Below are positions 41,257 through 54,082 of a DNA stretch of 64,000 nucleotides, piece after piece. The DNA is taken from contig OX597825.1 in NCBI GenBank assembly GCA_951406725.2, forward strand, positions 14,570,001 through 14,634,000. Direction: 5' to 3'. Made by a program: the position numbers and the translations under genes. Positions within the stretch are counted from its first letter, which is position 1; each line of letters begins with the position of its first letter. Source of the DNA: Octopus vulgaris. Lineage: Eukaryota. Under the pieces are notes generated by a model. It made no database searches. It saw only the letters and a list, made by a program, of their open reading frames with translations, and had not been told where the DNA came from.

Positions 41257-41956
41257 TGCTTTCTTTTTTCTTTCACTTGTTTCAGTTATTAGAACGAGGC
41301 CATGGCGGAGCACCACGTCGAAGAAGTTACAATAAAATGTATCGATAGCAGTACTATAATTTAAAGCCAGGTACTTATTCCATCGGTTACTTTTACTAAA
41401 CCCCTAGGGCAAGGGGACATAAACACATCAAAGTCGCGTGCCAAGCGGTGGTAAATGACAAACACAATCAAACGTGCATACAAATGAACGCACATACTCA
41501 TACTCACACATATAAATACATATTTCTATATACTACTCTGTAATTTCCTTGTGTAACCATATATAGAATGCGTCGTGGTATTCGTGTTGACCCTTCTCAG
41601 TTTCATGTCGAATCCATTTTTGCACCTATTTTCGTGATCGATAACAAAGTGAAAGCAGAAGGCATCTGGCTAGCAGAATCGAGAGAATGTCAAGTAAGAC
41701 GCGTTATGGACGTATGTGGACTCACTGTGTTCTGATCGCAGTCTGCGATGGCAATGTCATTTTAGCGTGTCGGCTTTGGTCGCGTCTGCTGCATAGGAGA
41801 TTAGAAAGACATTTTGAAACGCCTCGGTACCTACTCGTCTTCAGCAGATAAATCTGGATGAAATTAACACATTCAATTACAGTTATTTTCCCAATTATTA
41901 CTGATGGATTCTTAGAAGATGCGTGTGAGCTTACACGCACACACACACAAACATAT

Positions 41957-42017
<61 letters not shown>

Positions 42018-42079
42018 TATATATATATGTATGTATATATATATCTATATATATATGTATATATATATACGTATGTATA

Positions 42080-42128
<49 letters not shown>

Positions 42129-42286
42129 GTATGTATATATATATATATATATGTATGTATATATGTATGTATATATGTATATATATATACGTATGTATAT
42201 ATGTATATATATATATATGTATATATATATATACATGTATATATATATACATACATACACACATATATATATATATACATACATAT

Positions 42287-42357
<71 letters not shown>

Positions 42358-43168
42358 AAGTTCACGTGAGATCAATTAAATGTCTTGTATAAAATATACT
42401 TGCAACGAGTCGCATTGCAATAGCATAAGAGGGTTCATGTTAATTGGAAATCAAACCAAATCATACAGCTTTTACACCCTCTCGTGTAACATTCCACAAG
42501 GTAAGTGGACATTTATTGCAGTTTGATGTCATTAAATTTACACCTAATGATTTCACGAACAGTAATTTTAATTTCTTGGGGATTTTCAAGTAAAATTCTA
42601 TCATCGCTGCGTTGATCATTAATTTAAATTCAGGATGACAATATTGGTAATTTAAATGAAATACTGATCAATGTTCTCATTTTGATGCTCAGTTGAGAAA
42701 ATATATGACATACCACTCGTTCTTACGGTTTCATTTCTTTAATTATTAGACTGTAAAAAACAAAATCGTTATTTAAATATATTTATGAATTTCAACCAGA
42801 AACTTGGTACGCGTGTAATAACCCTTTAAATCCTGGGTAAGATATTTTGTAAGTAACATTCATATATTTTGTAGTGGTCGTGTGCCTAGAAAATAATCCA
42901 GTGGATCTGTTTCGCAAAATGGGTTGCTCCTCGTCTGCTGAAAACCATACAAAAAATTATACAAGGGGAATATCTTCCCAAAGTGTCGGTAATTTTGAAA
43001 CGGCATAAATTTAGTACCTTAATATATTAAATCACTTTATATATTACGGTTGTTTTGTAATTGTACGAGTTTATCGCATTAAATTATTAAGCATATGTAT
43101 GTGTATGTTTGTATGCATGTATATATATATGTGTATACATACATACGTATATATATTTACAGATATAT

Positions 43169-43231
<63 letters not shown>

Positions 43232-43234
43232 TAA

Positions 43235-43512
43235 TATATGATAATTATTCGGTAGCCATGAAAAAACTCAGAGTTTTGGATGTCGGGGCAGAAATCCACG
43301 TCATAATTTCTTAAGTTATCGGGCCATCGAAAAAGAACCTATGAAAATGACCGTTAAACAAAGGGAAATTACTGTCTGATTCCCCTTTTTTATCGCTCAT
43401 TTTCAGAACATTATTTTCGATGACCCGATAACTGAAGAAATTATGGCGTGGGTTTTTGCCCCGACATCCAAAACTCTGAGTTTTATCATGGCTACCGAAT
43501 AATTATCATATA
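43235..43512. repeat. Inverted pair of hammerhead-like repeats of about 100 bp
   Basis: 43235-43333 is the reverse complement of 43414-43512. Both outer ends run into (TA)n. Confidence 0.88.
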
Positions 43513-43519
43513 TTATATT

Positions 43520-43584
<65 letters not shown>

Positions 43585-43597
43585 GTATGTGTGGGTG

Positions 43598-43637
<40 letters not shown>

Positions 43638-45514
43638 CGTGTGTTTTATCATGTTTACCGAATATTTGTCACATATATTTACAGATAAATTCCTCTATTT
43701 ACATAATATCGAGGTCTCTTTCATTCTTTTGTTGTTTTGCCATTTTTATCAATAAGTTACTTCCCGTACACCGCCATTTTTCTGTAAGGGCTACTACAGC
43801 TTATTTTTGGAAAACCGCCAGAAATCGGTTGAGGACTCTGCCTCGCAGAATAATTTAATATGGACGCCTACTACATCGATTATTCTATGAAAAATACACC
43901 TATACTATCAAGGATACTATACTCTAAGAAACTTTTTGAGAAAATTACAGACCTTATTGAGCGTATATATATATATATATATATATATATACGCAATGGG
44001 TTCATAATTTGGGAATATGGAAGTTATTTAGTGTTATAGTTTATATCATTAGAAAATGTTTAGTAGTTTTCGTCCTGAAGTAATTTTCCTTTTGTCATAT
44101 CTTTAAATTCTTGGATTAGTTACTAGTATTGTTCTTATGCAACGAATTGGCCCTCACTTCGAATGCTTCACGGATACTGCATATCATAGCTTATCCTTCG
44201 ATCCAGTAATACGTGTATTAAAGAGGTCATGGCATTATGCACTTAATTATACCTTCACACTTAATCAACTATTTTGGAAGGTGACAAAGAGCAGGTACCT
44301 TGTAACGTATGCCAACCAATTAAGGGGATGGCACAGGTTGCATAACTCGCCAGTAAACCTATTGTTAAGTCATACAACATCAATATGAACGACATCATCC
44401 CCCGTATATTACCCCAAGATATTGTAAAGAAGGAAGGAGTGAAACGATTCAAAGGTGTTCGTATGTTATTGATAACATCTGCATCCACAGAAAATATGGT
44501 TTTGTCGACTGCTCCCTGCTCTTCCAGTTTTGTACAGAGTTCAAGTTTTTTTAAAAGAGAAAAACTAAAAAGACATCTATTTTCCAGGCTTTATACTCCG
44601 AAGAAAAATTATGTGGTTTTCAGACTTTTCATCCAAGTAATACAATGTAGAGATATATCTTCCAAGTTACATATCATCACGTATTTCTTCAAGCTTGCTA
44701 TCTCCACTGCTACAGTTCCATGGAAGTCGGAATTCCATAATATTTGACGAACATTATATTAATGTTAAATTAGTTCATGAGAGGTAATGCGAGTGAGGAA
44801 TTTGTCCATCACGTTCATTAGAAAGGTACATTAACTATTTCCACAGCTACCTCTGAGCGCCTTAGTTTATAAATGCGAAAAATGTTAGCGAGTAACTAGA
44901 TTTGAAGAATTATAGGGTTCCCCCGGGTACTAAGAAACTCTGGGGAGATCTAAACAGAAGATCTTTCAGAGAAGCCCCCTCTTAATATACTCTAAGGTAG
45001 TGGGACCGCATCTATTCTATGACTACTGGATATCTGTCTGCGACACTCTGTGCTACTGTCTGCTCTGCAACCCTCCTGGATTATTAAAATAAGGTATCTT
45101 GTGTGTTGCAACCAGTTCAGTGTAAGATACCTGTTCATTGTAAGGTTATTTATGCATTTTCAATTTCACTTCTATTCTTCCTTAATAAGATTCAGATGGA
45201 ACTCTTCTCAGCTGCTTCTGCCATCCCCGAAGAAGTTACGATGTATAATTTATTGATTTCGAAAACGCAAACTTCATCTTGATAGAATATGAAATAAGAA
45301 AGCTTAAAATAGCATAAACAGTGTATTTCATTGCCTGATATTATTATCGGACTCGGTTCTTAAATTTGATTGAATTATGGATTTTTCAACATTGGCAAAG
45401 ATTCAAACGTTTGGCGACAGTGTATTGATGTTTAGTATTTCCTCAATGCTAGAGTGAAGAAAATACTTATACGAACGACGCAGAATCTGAACGAAATATA
45501 AACGCGATGATAGT

Positions 45515-45963
45515 CTCTCTCTACCCGCTCAGTCGAAGTTGACTCTCGGTCACTCGTTGGATCAGTGTCCTCCAGTCAGTTCTATCCTGGGCTATTTCTT
45601 TCAGATTGGCTATGTCCATTCCGGTATCACTCTTGATGGTGTCAAGCCAGCGGGCTCTTGGTCGGCCTCTTTCTCTCTTGCCACTGACCATTTCGAGCAT
45701 GATGTCCTTCTCCATGGATTTTCTCCACATAATATGACCGAAATATACCAATCTATGCTTGGTGATCCTAGCTTCTAGCGACATTTTCGGCCTTATCTGC
45801 TTACGAACTTCTCCATTGGTGAGCCTCGCTGTCCATGGAATCCGTAAAAGTCTTCTCCAACACCAAAGCTCGAATACATTAATTCTCTTCTGGTCAGCTT
45901 TCTTTATGTCCAGGTCTCGCATCCATATGTTGCTATTGGGAAGACAATTGCATTCATCAATCT
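45515..45963 (-). mobile_element. RTE-clade LINE 3' fragment with an 11-bp TSD
   Basis: RLMNAIVFPIATYGCETWT / KKADQKRINVFELWCWRRLLRIPWTAR...YFGHIM...RGRPRARWLD...QDRTDWR. TSD gcgatgatagt at 45504-45514 and 45964-45974; (GA)n tail. Confidence 0.92.
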
Positions 45964-46392
45964 GCGATGATAGTATATAATGTAAAACCTTTTCTTTGCT
46001 GCTCAACCGTTTTTACTGATAGAAATACTCTTCTTATTGAAGTTTACCTTGTATCGAAACCACAACGCAATGTTTCCGTTTAAAGCTTTTCCCTCGGCCT
46101 CTATGGTTCTGTTTAAACTCATAGTTTTCTGTCCACTATTAACGCCAAGAGCAGCAACATTAATACCACGACAGTTAAAGCAAAAATCTCCCATTTTTAA
46201 AATAGAATAAATTTCGCACGTATGGAATCAGAATAGAAAGATATCGATGAGGTGTATTTTTAACGTCGAAATTTGAAAATGGTTGCCAGAAACTTGTTCC
46301 GTCTGGTAATTAATGTCACTCATAATACCGAAAATATCCGGACACACTGGAAGCGTTTGATCATTTTGCAGTTTTAGATTATATAATCCTAT
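45964..46392 (-). pseudogene. VWDE-like module remnant (two segments)
   Basis: 46392-46291 reads IGLYNLKLQNDQTLPVCPDIFGIMSDINYQTEQV, which resembles GFCDVQKYNC..VRV....F.....IKC. 46140-45964 reads RTIEAEGKALNGNIALWFRYKVNFNKKSISISKNG*AAKKRFYIIYYHR. Confidence 0.6.
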
Positions 46393-47089
46393 CTGGTTCA
46401 GAATGTGTAACAAATCTTATCACTATAGTCATTGATTTATTTCTAATGTTATTTGAAGTCTTGTGGCATATATATTTTCCTGCTGCCACCTCACGTCTAT
46501 ATTAGTGCGAAAATGAAGCAAATCAAATACACTGCTGAAAGGAAAAAAAGAAAAAAGATTCTAATCTGTCTAATTTTTTTTTATAATATTTCTATTTCTA
46601 TAGAAATAACTGCAGTCGAGTTTATGGATGAAGGAAATTATCATTTTCATGTTATTGTATGATGTCATCTTGCTTTCTTGTACAATATCTGATATATTTA
46701 GAGAACAATGTGAGAATATCGCCAAATCTGAAATAGCAAAGAATAATGAGCAGCATTCAACACACACACACACGCATACACACACACACACACATACACA
46801 CACACACACAGACACATAATCTCCTCTCTCTCTCTCTCTCTAACAAACACACACACACACACGTGCACATACGCATGTACACATACATGCTTGTTTCAGG
46901 CATTGGACAGTTGCCATACTGGGGCACCTTGAAGGGTTGACTCGAATAAATCACCATCAGGTACTTACTTTTTTAGGTCGTCTATCAATCTACATTGACG
47001 AACCGCTAAGTAACGGCAACGTAAACAAACCAACACTAGTTGTGAAATGGTAGCTTTAACACACGCACACACACACATACACACACATA

Positions 47090-47154
<65 letters not shown>

Positions 47155-47247
47155 CTATATGTACATGTATGTCTGTATATATATATATATATAAACAAAT
47201 CAAATTGCGATAAAATAAAAATAATTATAATCGCTGGTATATAATCG

Positions 47248-47319
<72 letters not shown>

Positions 47320-47324
<5 letters not shown>

Positions 47325-47445
47325 TAATCCAAACACGAAAACACAAAAAGCACAACAACGCGAGGACGTGGAACAAATATAGTATAATTGGACGCTCAGG
47401 AAATAAGGGAACAAGGAGGGTTTAACGTTTCGAGCGGAGCTCTTC
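47320..47445 (-). mobile_element. Truncated minimal-hammerhead element
   Basis: Minus strand GAA-GAGC-tcc-GCTC-GAAACGTT, with a downstream cctgagcgt...atacta tail shared with the 27760 and 40895 copies. Ends in (TA)n. Confidence 0.6.
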
Positions 47446-48694
47446 TATATATATTTACGTCGGGCTTCCACACGCTCTAATCTACCAGTTGTATTGAAAG
47501 GGCTTTGGGTGGCCCCGGACTATAGTAGAGTGTACTTGCAAAAGTATCACGTAGCGGTTCACAAAGTAAGATTTCTATTCGGTGATACATGTTAAATCAT
47601 GTAGAACATCTGCAAAATATGCGGATAGCCCGGGGCTATAGTTGAAGATTCACGCCTAAGGTGCCACGCAGTGGGACTGAACCCAGAACCATGTGGTTGT
47701 TAAGCGAGCTACTTAGCACACAGCCACTCCTGCGCCTATAGTTGGTAAAAGAGAGTAACAATGAAGTTACTAGGGCTGATTTAATTAGCTAACTACTCTC
47801 GCCTCCAAATGAGTCCTCGTGTCTGTACTTAAAGCGATTATTATGAAGAGAGTTAGTTGACTGACGGACTTGTAACAGCAATGGACAAAACGTTTTGCGA
47901 TATTTCCTCTTGTATTTTAACCCTCTGAGTTCAAATTATCCCGGAATCAACTTCCTCTTTCATCTCTCAAAGATCGATAAATCATATCAATTTGATTTGT
48001 GTCAATTTCATCGATGACCCCTTCCTCCAAATTTCTGGCTTTTTTCCTGTTAGTACCGTTCGAACTTTAAGGGATCAAACAAGCAAATTTTATATGCTGT
48101 AATTCAAACATAGAACGGATGGAGTTATTACAAAATTCAAGCCTCCATCTTTTTTCACCCTAACGATTCTCAAGCCACTCTCTATAGTAATCATAAGAAA
48201 TTATGCCGTAGGCACAAAGCCACGTAATCTACGAAGTGATCTAAATGGTTCATTTATATCGATGGTAGCTCGTAAATAGAAACATTGTATATTGACAAAG
48301 GGAATTTGTAAATCAACTTGTGATTATATAATTTCAGAGCATAAAAGAGCTTCATAAAATATAACAGGACATTTTATCTACCAATTTACCTATTCTGACA
48401 CCATTTCGATAATTAATCTCTCTTATGTTGGAAAGAAGATAAAGTTCTGAGTAGAGGTGTATTCGATTTTAGCCATAACGGTTCTAACCTTTCGCTACGA
48501 GTACAGCGAGTTGTAAACTTAGGTATAAATACATGTATCTAATATGGCAATGTATTTTCTTCTGCGTAAAATGTAACTCTAAAAATTACAAGAATGAAAG
48601 GAAGAATTATAGCAAGCTTTAACACAATATCACAAATTAGGGGCTCGGTTGGCAAAATAACTATATTTCAGTAATGGATGTTATGTTCCGTCAC

Positions 48695-48922
48695 CTATTG
48701 AACCGAACGACAAATTTGGGCGGAGCGGTTTATTGCATCATGGGAGAAGGAAATCAAATAGTATCTCCTTGTAGTTTCTAACATTCTAACATTTCTAACA
48801 TTGTCACAAGAACATTGTAAAACTCGATACCAAATAATTTCATCATCCACTCCATCAACTCTGACACAGTACCACTTAATTGAGAACGATAAAATAATAT
48901 CACTTTCTATATCTGTACATTG
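48695..48922 (-). pseudogene. VWDE-like module exon remnant
   Basis: Acceptor ttctctctcctaatttgaag. ...RVLQCSCDN...YYLISFSHDAINRSA, then after a one-base shift KFVVRFN-AG|gtgacg donor. Confidence 0.5.
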
Positions 48923-49482
48923 CTTCAAATTAGGAGAGAGAATGCATGTGATTCATAGACTTTTGCACCTGATAAATGTTTGCTTTACTTTATGACCAAA
49001 ATTTATGTATATTCCGCTGGGTATGGAACGCACGAGATAATGATGTATATCTAAATACCGCGAGATGAAAATTCTCGCTTTTTTTTTCTGTAATTCACCG
49101 TCCTAATAATTTTGTCAGTGATAATACACTTTCTAAACTATTAACAGAAAACAATAAATGCATTAAATAACATCACTTTCGTTTAATGGAATCGATGATA
49201 ATGGCAGTAGAGATATTTCTCTAAATTACGAATCGAAAAAAAACTAAGAAAAAAAAAGCAAATGACGAAAGATAAGGAGAAATAATTTTGTACTGAAATA
49301 ATTTGTACAAACATAAAAATAAATATGTGAACATTAAGTACTCTAGAGAAATGCATTCTGACATGCATGATATATGGTTGTTTCATTACTAAATCAATAC
49401 AAATTATTTCCTAAAATATATGTCTATATATATGTGTGTGTATGTGTATGTAGACATAGCTATATGCGTGTATATATATCTA

Positions 49483-49537
<55 letters not shown>

Positions 49538-49689
49538 ATAGAAACTAGAAATAATATATATATATATACAAAGACGCAGAGATGGACAGATAGATAAACA
49601 AACGATTAACTTATCCCACAGAGAGATATGTGCCTGTATAAATTCGTGTGCATATGTGTACATTTTATTGTGTGTGTGTGTGTGTGTAT

Positions 49690-49726
<37 letters not shown>

Positions 49727-49964
49727 GGAGTAAAGTTTGAATGTATAGTATCCACTCACAAGTGTTGATCACAGTTAAAACTTATGTATGGTATTTAGTA
49801 ACACGTAACAAAATATACCAGCACCTTCGGAAACCCTACCAAATCCCTGCAGAAGAGCGTTGGCTCGAAACGTAAAAGACTCTCTCACTTCCCGAGCGTT
49901 AAACTAATACATCTGTTTGTTGTTTAAACACTCGTCTTCGATTTTTGATTTTTGGGAAATTTTA

Positions 49965-49998
<34 letters not shown>

Positions 49999-50147
49999 AG
50001 TAGGTGAATGAATTATCCTATGTTTATCGTCAGCATGGAAAATTGGTTTAACCGAAAACCGGGTAGCAAATTCACGTCAGAAACACGGTTGAAGCGACCT
50101 GTCAAGGGTAGAAACTCCGGGTTCACGTGCAGAAATGTGTGTGTTGT

Positions 50148-50791
50148 ATATGAATAAATGAAAGAATGAGTCGAACGAAGATGTTAACAAAATTCCTTTA
50201 CTCTCGACACATGTTTCGAAGACAGCATGTTTTCATGCTAAAAGGAATAAAGGGTGCATTATGCAATCTCCTCATCAGGATAGAAGGGGAGCCTCTCTCG
50301 ACAACAAGACAAAAATTTCGATGATTACCTACATGGTAAACAAAGCGATAATGAGTGTTTTTTTAAAAAAAACCGTTAAAAGAATTGACGTCAAAAATAG
50401 ATAGTAGGAGGAGAAGGGTTTAAGGAATAATAGGTAGGGAACAGTATGTTTGCTGTATGCATGGAAATGTGTAGGTGTGTGCTTGTGTTTGTGTGTGTGT
50501 ATAACTTGTTCCCTACCTATTATTCATTTATCCCTTCTCTTCCTACTATCTAGCTTTGACGTCTGTCTCTCTCTCATACGCACAATCACACACACACACA
50601 CACAAATGCAGTTGTAGGTAATCATCGAAATTTGTGTCTTGTTGTCGAGAGAGACTCCTTGTCTTTCCTGATGAGAAGATTGCATAATGCACCCTTTATT
50701 CCTTTGGAATGAAAACATGGTGTCTTCGAAACATGTGTGGAGAGTAAAGGAATTGTGTTAACATCTTCGTTCGAATCCATTCTTTCATTTA

Positions 50792-50798
<7 letters not shown>
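50148..50798. repeat. Long inverted repeat with a type I hammerhead in each arm
   Basis: 50148-50332 pairs with 50613-50798, and 50385-50445 pairs with 50505-50563. Hammerheads at 50201-50283 (-) and 50663-50744 (+). Confidence 0.88.
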
Positions 50799-50885
<87 letters not shown>

Positions 50886-51023
50886 TACATATATTTATAT
50901 ATATATATATATATATAAATATGTTCAAATATATATATATATACATATATATATATAGATACATAAGTATACATATATGTATATAGTTATATATATATAC
51001 GTTTATATATATATATATATGTG

Positions 51024-51091
<68 letters not shown>

Positions 51092-51679
51092 GTGTGTGTG
51101 TGTGTGTGTGTGGTGTACATATATATATAGATATATACAAACACACTCACACATATATATAAACGTATGTACATTTATGCTTGTTAGTTCGTGTACATCA
51201 GTGTTCATGTCTTTGGAGCGGTGGGGATGTCAGTGTAAATATATATCGTCTCTGCTTCCTGATAAACGGCTAAAAACTAGTTTTGCGTCTAGATTTTCAA
51301 TAATAATTTTAATTTGTAGACATGTTAGTAAATTACGTCAATAAATAAAATATATGACTTTTTTCACGTGATTAAACTTGTCACTCGAAACCCATTAACT
51401 TGTATTTTAATTGGAAAACATGAATAAAATTAGTTTTTGCGTAAATCACACATCAATTAATTAATGTATGGAATAATAAAATGCTTACTGAGTTCAACAT
51501 ATATGTGTTTGTGTATGTGTGGGCGTATAAGTATATAGAAGATGTTTTGAGAAATATTTAATGCTACTTTCAATTTCTATATTGATATCTAGATTATTAT
51601 CAGAGTCAAAAAGTATATTCACCATATGTATATATGTAAGTAAAAGTATAAATATATTTATAGTTTTATGTATATTCAT

Positions 51680-51713
<34 letters not shown>

Positions 51714-51968
51714 TATCAGCCGAAATTGCAAAGATAATCTGGAACTCGACTGAGGAAAGAAAACTCCGAATGATCTGTCCTTGATTGTTTTGTATCATCT
51801 ATCTGGATGTTTTGTGTCCTTCTCCCATTTTGTATATAGATATATATATCGGCGTACGTACACTTTGTTCTCTGATATATGTATATGTATGTATATATAT
51901 ATAAACACGCGCGCATATGCAAACATATGCACATGCGTGCAGAAGAACGTTGAAAAATTAGTACTTAC

Positions 51969-52101
51969 GTAACTGACGTAAGCATGGTATGAAATGATTT
52001 TAGTCTGTGCTTCAGGTATAACACACCTTAAAACTTGAATTTTTATTCCCCTCTTTAGTATCTTTAGTTGTTTTACGATGAGTTCTGTGGTCACAGTCAC
52101 C
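51969..52101 (-). pseudogene. VWDE-like module exon candidate
   Basis: tttcgatag|G ... TAC|gtaagt, open as VTVTTELIVKQLKILKRGIKIQVLRCVIPEAQTKIISYHAYVSY. Confidence 0.5.
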
Positions 52102-52635
52102 CTATCGAAATTCCTTTCATCTTCAGTATGTGAAGTAGTTTGTAAGTTACAATGTTAACCGATACTAGCGGAACCAGTAAATAGTTCACGGAATTAATGG
52201 TAATGCTATTGGGTTATTTCTGAAAACTTTACCCAAAAAAACACCTGGAAACTGAGCCTGTGTTGTTTCAGTATGTAAAAATAGTCGCTCGTCTGCTATC
52301 TCATTGAAAAGTGAAATATATTGTAATTAATTAATGACCCAAAGCCACCGTTTGTCATTGCTGAGCTACATCCATACTTCAAGAACAACACGGACGTGAA
52401 ACTTAATCACTAGTTCATGTATATGGTTCGGTAGTTTGTCTTTTTACGGTTGTATTAAAGCTGTACCGGAGTAGTTTCATCTGATGATAACGTTGAAATA
52501 TGTCCATTTTAAAACTTATTATAGTCATTGTATATTTTAATAACTGGAATGTTTTTGTTGATGCAACTTCTACTGCAGTATATAATGTAGATAAATTGTG
52601 AAGTTTTTCCCAGCCTTTTTACTCTGATATCCCTG

Positions 52636-52880
52636 TGGAGGCACATGGCCAAGTGGTTAGAGCAGCGGACTTTCGGTCGAGAGATCGCTTGTTCGAATCT
52701 CAGACCGGGCGATGTGCGTGTTTATGAGCGAAACACGTTAGCTCCACGCCACTCCGGCAGAAACTAATGACGAACTTCTGCTGACACTTTCGCCATAACT
52801 TTCTCTCGCTCTTTCCTCCTGCATGTTGCAGCTCACCTGCAACGGACCGGCGTCCCGTCCAGGTGGGGTACCTTATGATC
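52636..52880 (+). mobile_element. tRNA-derived SINE family C variant
   Basis: TGGAGGCACATGGCCAAGTGGTTAGAGCAGCGGACT...GTTCGAATCTCAGACCGGGCG. Confidence 0.8.
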
Positions 52881-53777
52881 CAGGCATGGTTCGAGAAGGA
52901 ACAAACAAAAAGTCTGATATCTCTAGGGTTCTAAAGTTCTTCATGATAAGTTTCAATTTAAACATATATTCTAGCATATTAAAACGTCTCCTTAAAACCA
53001 TATTATTCTAACTAGTAATAGGGATGTCCTTGGATTGCCACACATTCTTCGAAATGCACTCCCTTGCTTCTCAACACCGGCGAAGCAAATACGTTGCAAA
53101 TAGAAAGTATCAGTTATCAAAATAGTGCTTGGAGAAGCATATTAATGTCACTACAAAACCCATGAAAACTTCATCTGCAAAAAACGAAATCAATAAAAGT
53201 TTTCTATTAATTAATAGGTGTTAACCATACCACATCATATTGTAAACTGTTCGTAATCACAAGTAGAATTATCTAAACGCTTCTAATTGGTAAAGCCCAA
53301 CTTAGGAATCGAGAAGAAAATGTAGAAGAAAGCGAAGTATCTTTCCTTGAATATCATACAAATAAATCTGAATAATTTCCCATTAGACCTGCATACCTTT
53401 ATATGCATTTATCGTGTTACTTCAGGACGAAAACTACTAAAAATGTTCTAATGATATAAAATATAACACTAAATAACTTTCATATTCCCAAATTAGAATC
53501 CAGAGCTAAAATGAAATTACATGGACCATCTAAAAATCCTCAATCCCATTCTACCCCAAGTGTCGCATATTCCCTACCTTTAAAATAGAAGCTGGTAATC
53601 GTATGAACATGCAATACACTATTAACGTTAATTTTAAATTTAGAACTTATAAAACTGGATCAAAGAAGCTGCAGTTCCCTCCTTAAATCAAATGTAGTAT
53701 TTAATATTTGTAGTCCCGGATGCTCACACAATCATTCATGTCTGTTTGACTAAACCCAAATATTTCTCTCTCTTTAC

Positions 53778-53888
53778 ATTGATTCACATGGACGCCATGA
53801 GAATCTTGAAACAATAACTTTTGCAATACCAATATTTGTACTGGTTGAAAAATGAATGTTACATTCTGTTGAGCAATGTCAGGTGAAT
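53778..53888 (-). pseudogene. VWDE-like cadherin-like exon candidate
   Basis: tgtcatag|AT ... T|gtaaag, 111 nt, reading DSPDIAQQNVTFIFQPVQILVLQKLLFQDSHGVHVNQ, similar to NxPP...F...Q...DPEG. Confidence 0.45.
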
Positions 53889-54024
53889 CTATGACATAGA
53901 GTACAAGTCTGTTCATTCAACACACCGTTCGAAATTGCACAGCAATTCATAACATTCGTCTTTGGTTACGTAACTATCCCATACAAGTTAGATGACTGCG
54001 ATATATATGCACATATACGTATAC

Positions 54025-54082
<58 letters not shown>

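Noticed and set aside
42469-42506. Possible plus-strand micro-exon ending ACAAG|gtaagt
   Set aside because: The acceptor lacks a polypyrimidine tract and no partner exons were found.
52476-52510. CTGATGA...GAAA motif (similar ones at 24299, 26552, 35395-35420 and 3085-3125)
   Set aside because: Stems I and II cannot be formed convincingly; these are chance matches or too decayed to call.
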